From: Macrostomum lignano
Taxonomy: Eukaryota
NCBI GenBank assembly: GCA_002269645.1
Contig: NIVC01000093.1
Span: 62,001-126,000, forward strand
Direction of reading: 5' to 3'
DNA: 64,000 nucleotides
This document shows positions 63,884-64,000 of this stretch, piece after piece; position 1 is the first letter of the stretch, and each line of letters begins with the position of its first letter. The position numbers and the translations under genes were made by a program. The notes below the pieces were generated by a model. It saw nothing but the letters and a program-made list of their open reading frames with translations. It searched no databases and was not told the origin of the DNA.

Positions 63884-64000
63884 CATCCTACGGTGACCTC
63901 ATCCCACGGTGACCTCATCCTACGGTGACCTCATCCTACGGTGACCTCATCCTACGGTGACCTCATCCTACGGTGACCTCATCCCACGGTGACATCCCAC
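63884..64000. repeat. 16-bp minisatellite CC(T/C)ACGGTGACCTCAT running off the window end
   Basis: Directly visible. Confidence 0.85.

Overview
Repeat-rich metazoan (invertebrate) genomic DNA with spliced genes. A flatworm such as Macrostomum is a plausible source, but that is inference from the repeat landscape and element types. No prokaryotic genes, rRNA, true tRNA or CRISPR array could be supported. Genes I could assemble from phase-consistent splice junctions: the last exon of a class A GPCR (138-431); an unidentified multi-exon + strand gene (about 8318-13741); a complete 4-exon Shisa/WBP1/VOPP1-like PPxY membrane protein (14960-24685); a complete 6-exon neuroligin (36189-26764, minus); and two intronless paralogous C-type lectin genes (44890-45627, 57224-57961). 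Mobile DNA: a full-length RNase H-bearing LINE with an approximately 13-bp TSD (17905-23799) and a 3' fragment of a relative; a CsRn1-type Gypsy with identical LTRs and a 4-bp TSD but two in-frame stops in RNase H (40070-44655); three tRNA-derived SINE copies; two MITEs; an LTR-like fragment; and an intact Crypton/DUF3504-type tyrosine recombinase ORF (60728-62053) enclosed by palindromic sites and near-identical 161/167-bp direct repeats, which is the most unusual structure here. About 20 micro- and minisatellite arrays fill most introns, one built from the neuroligin exon/5' splice junction itself.
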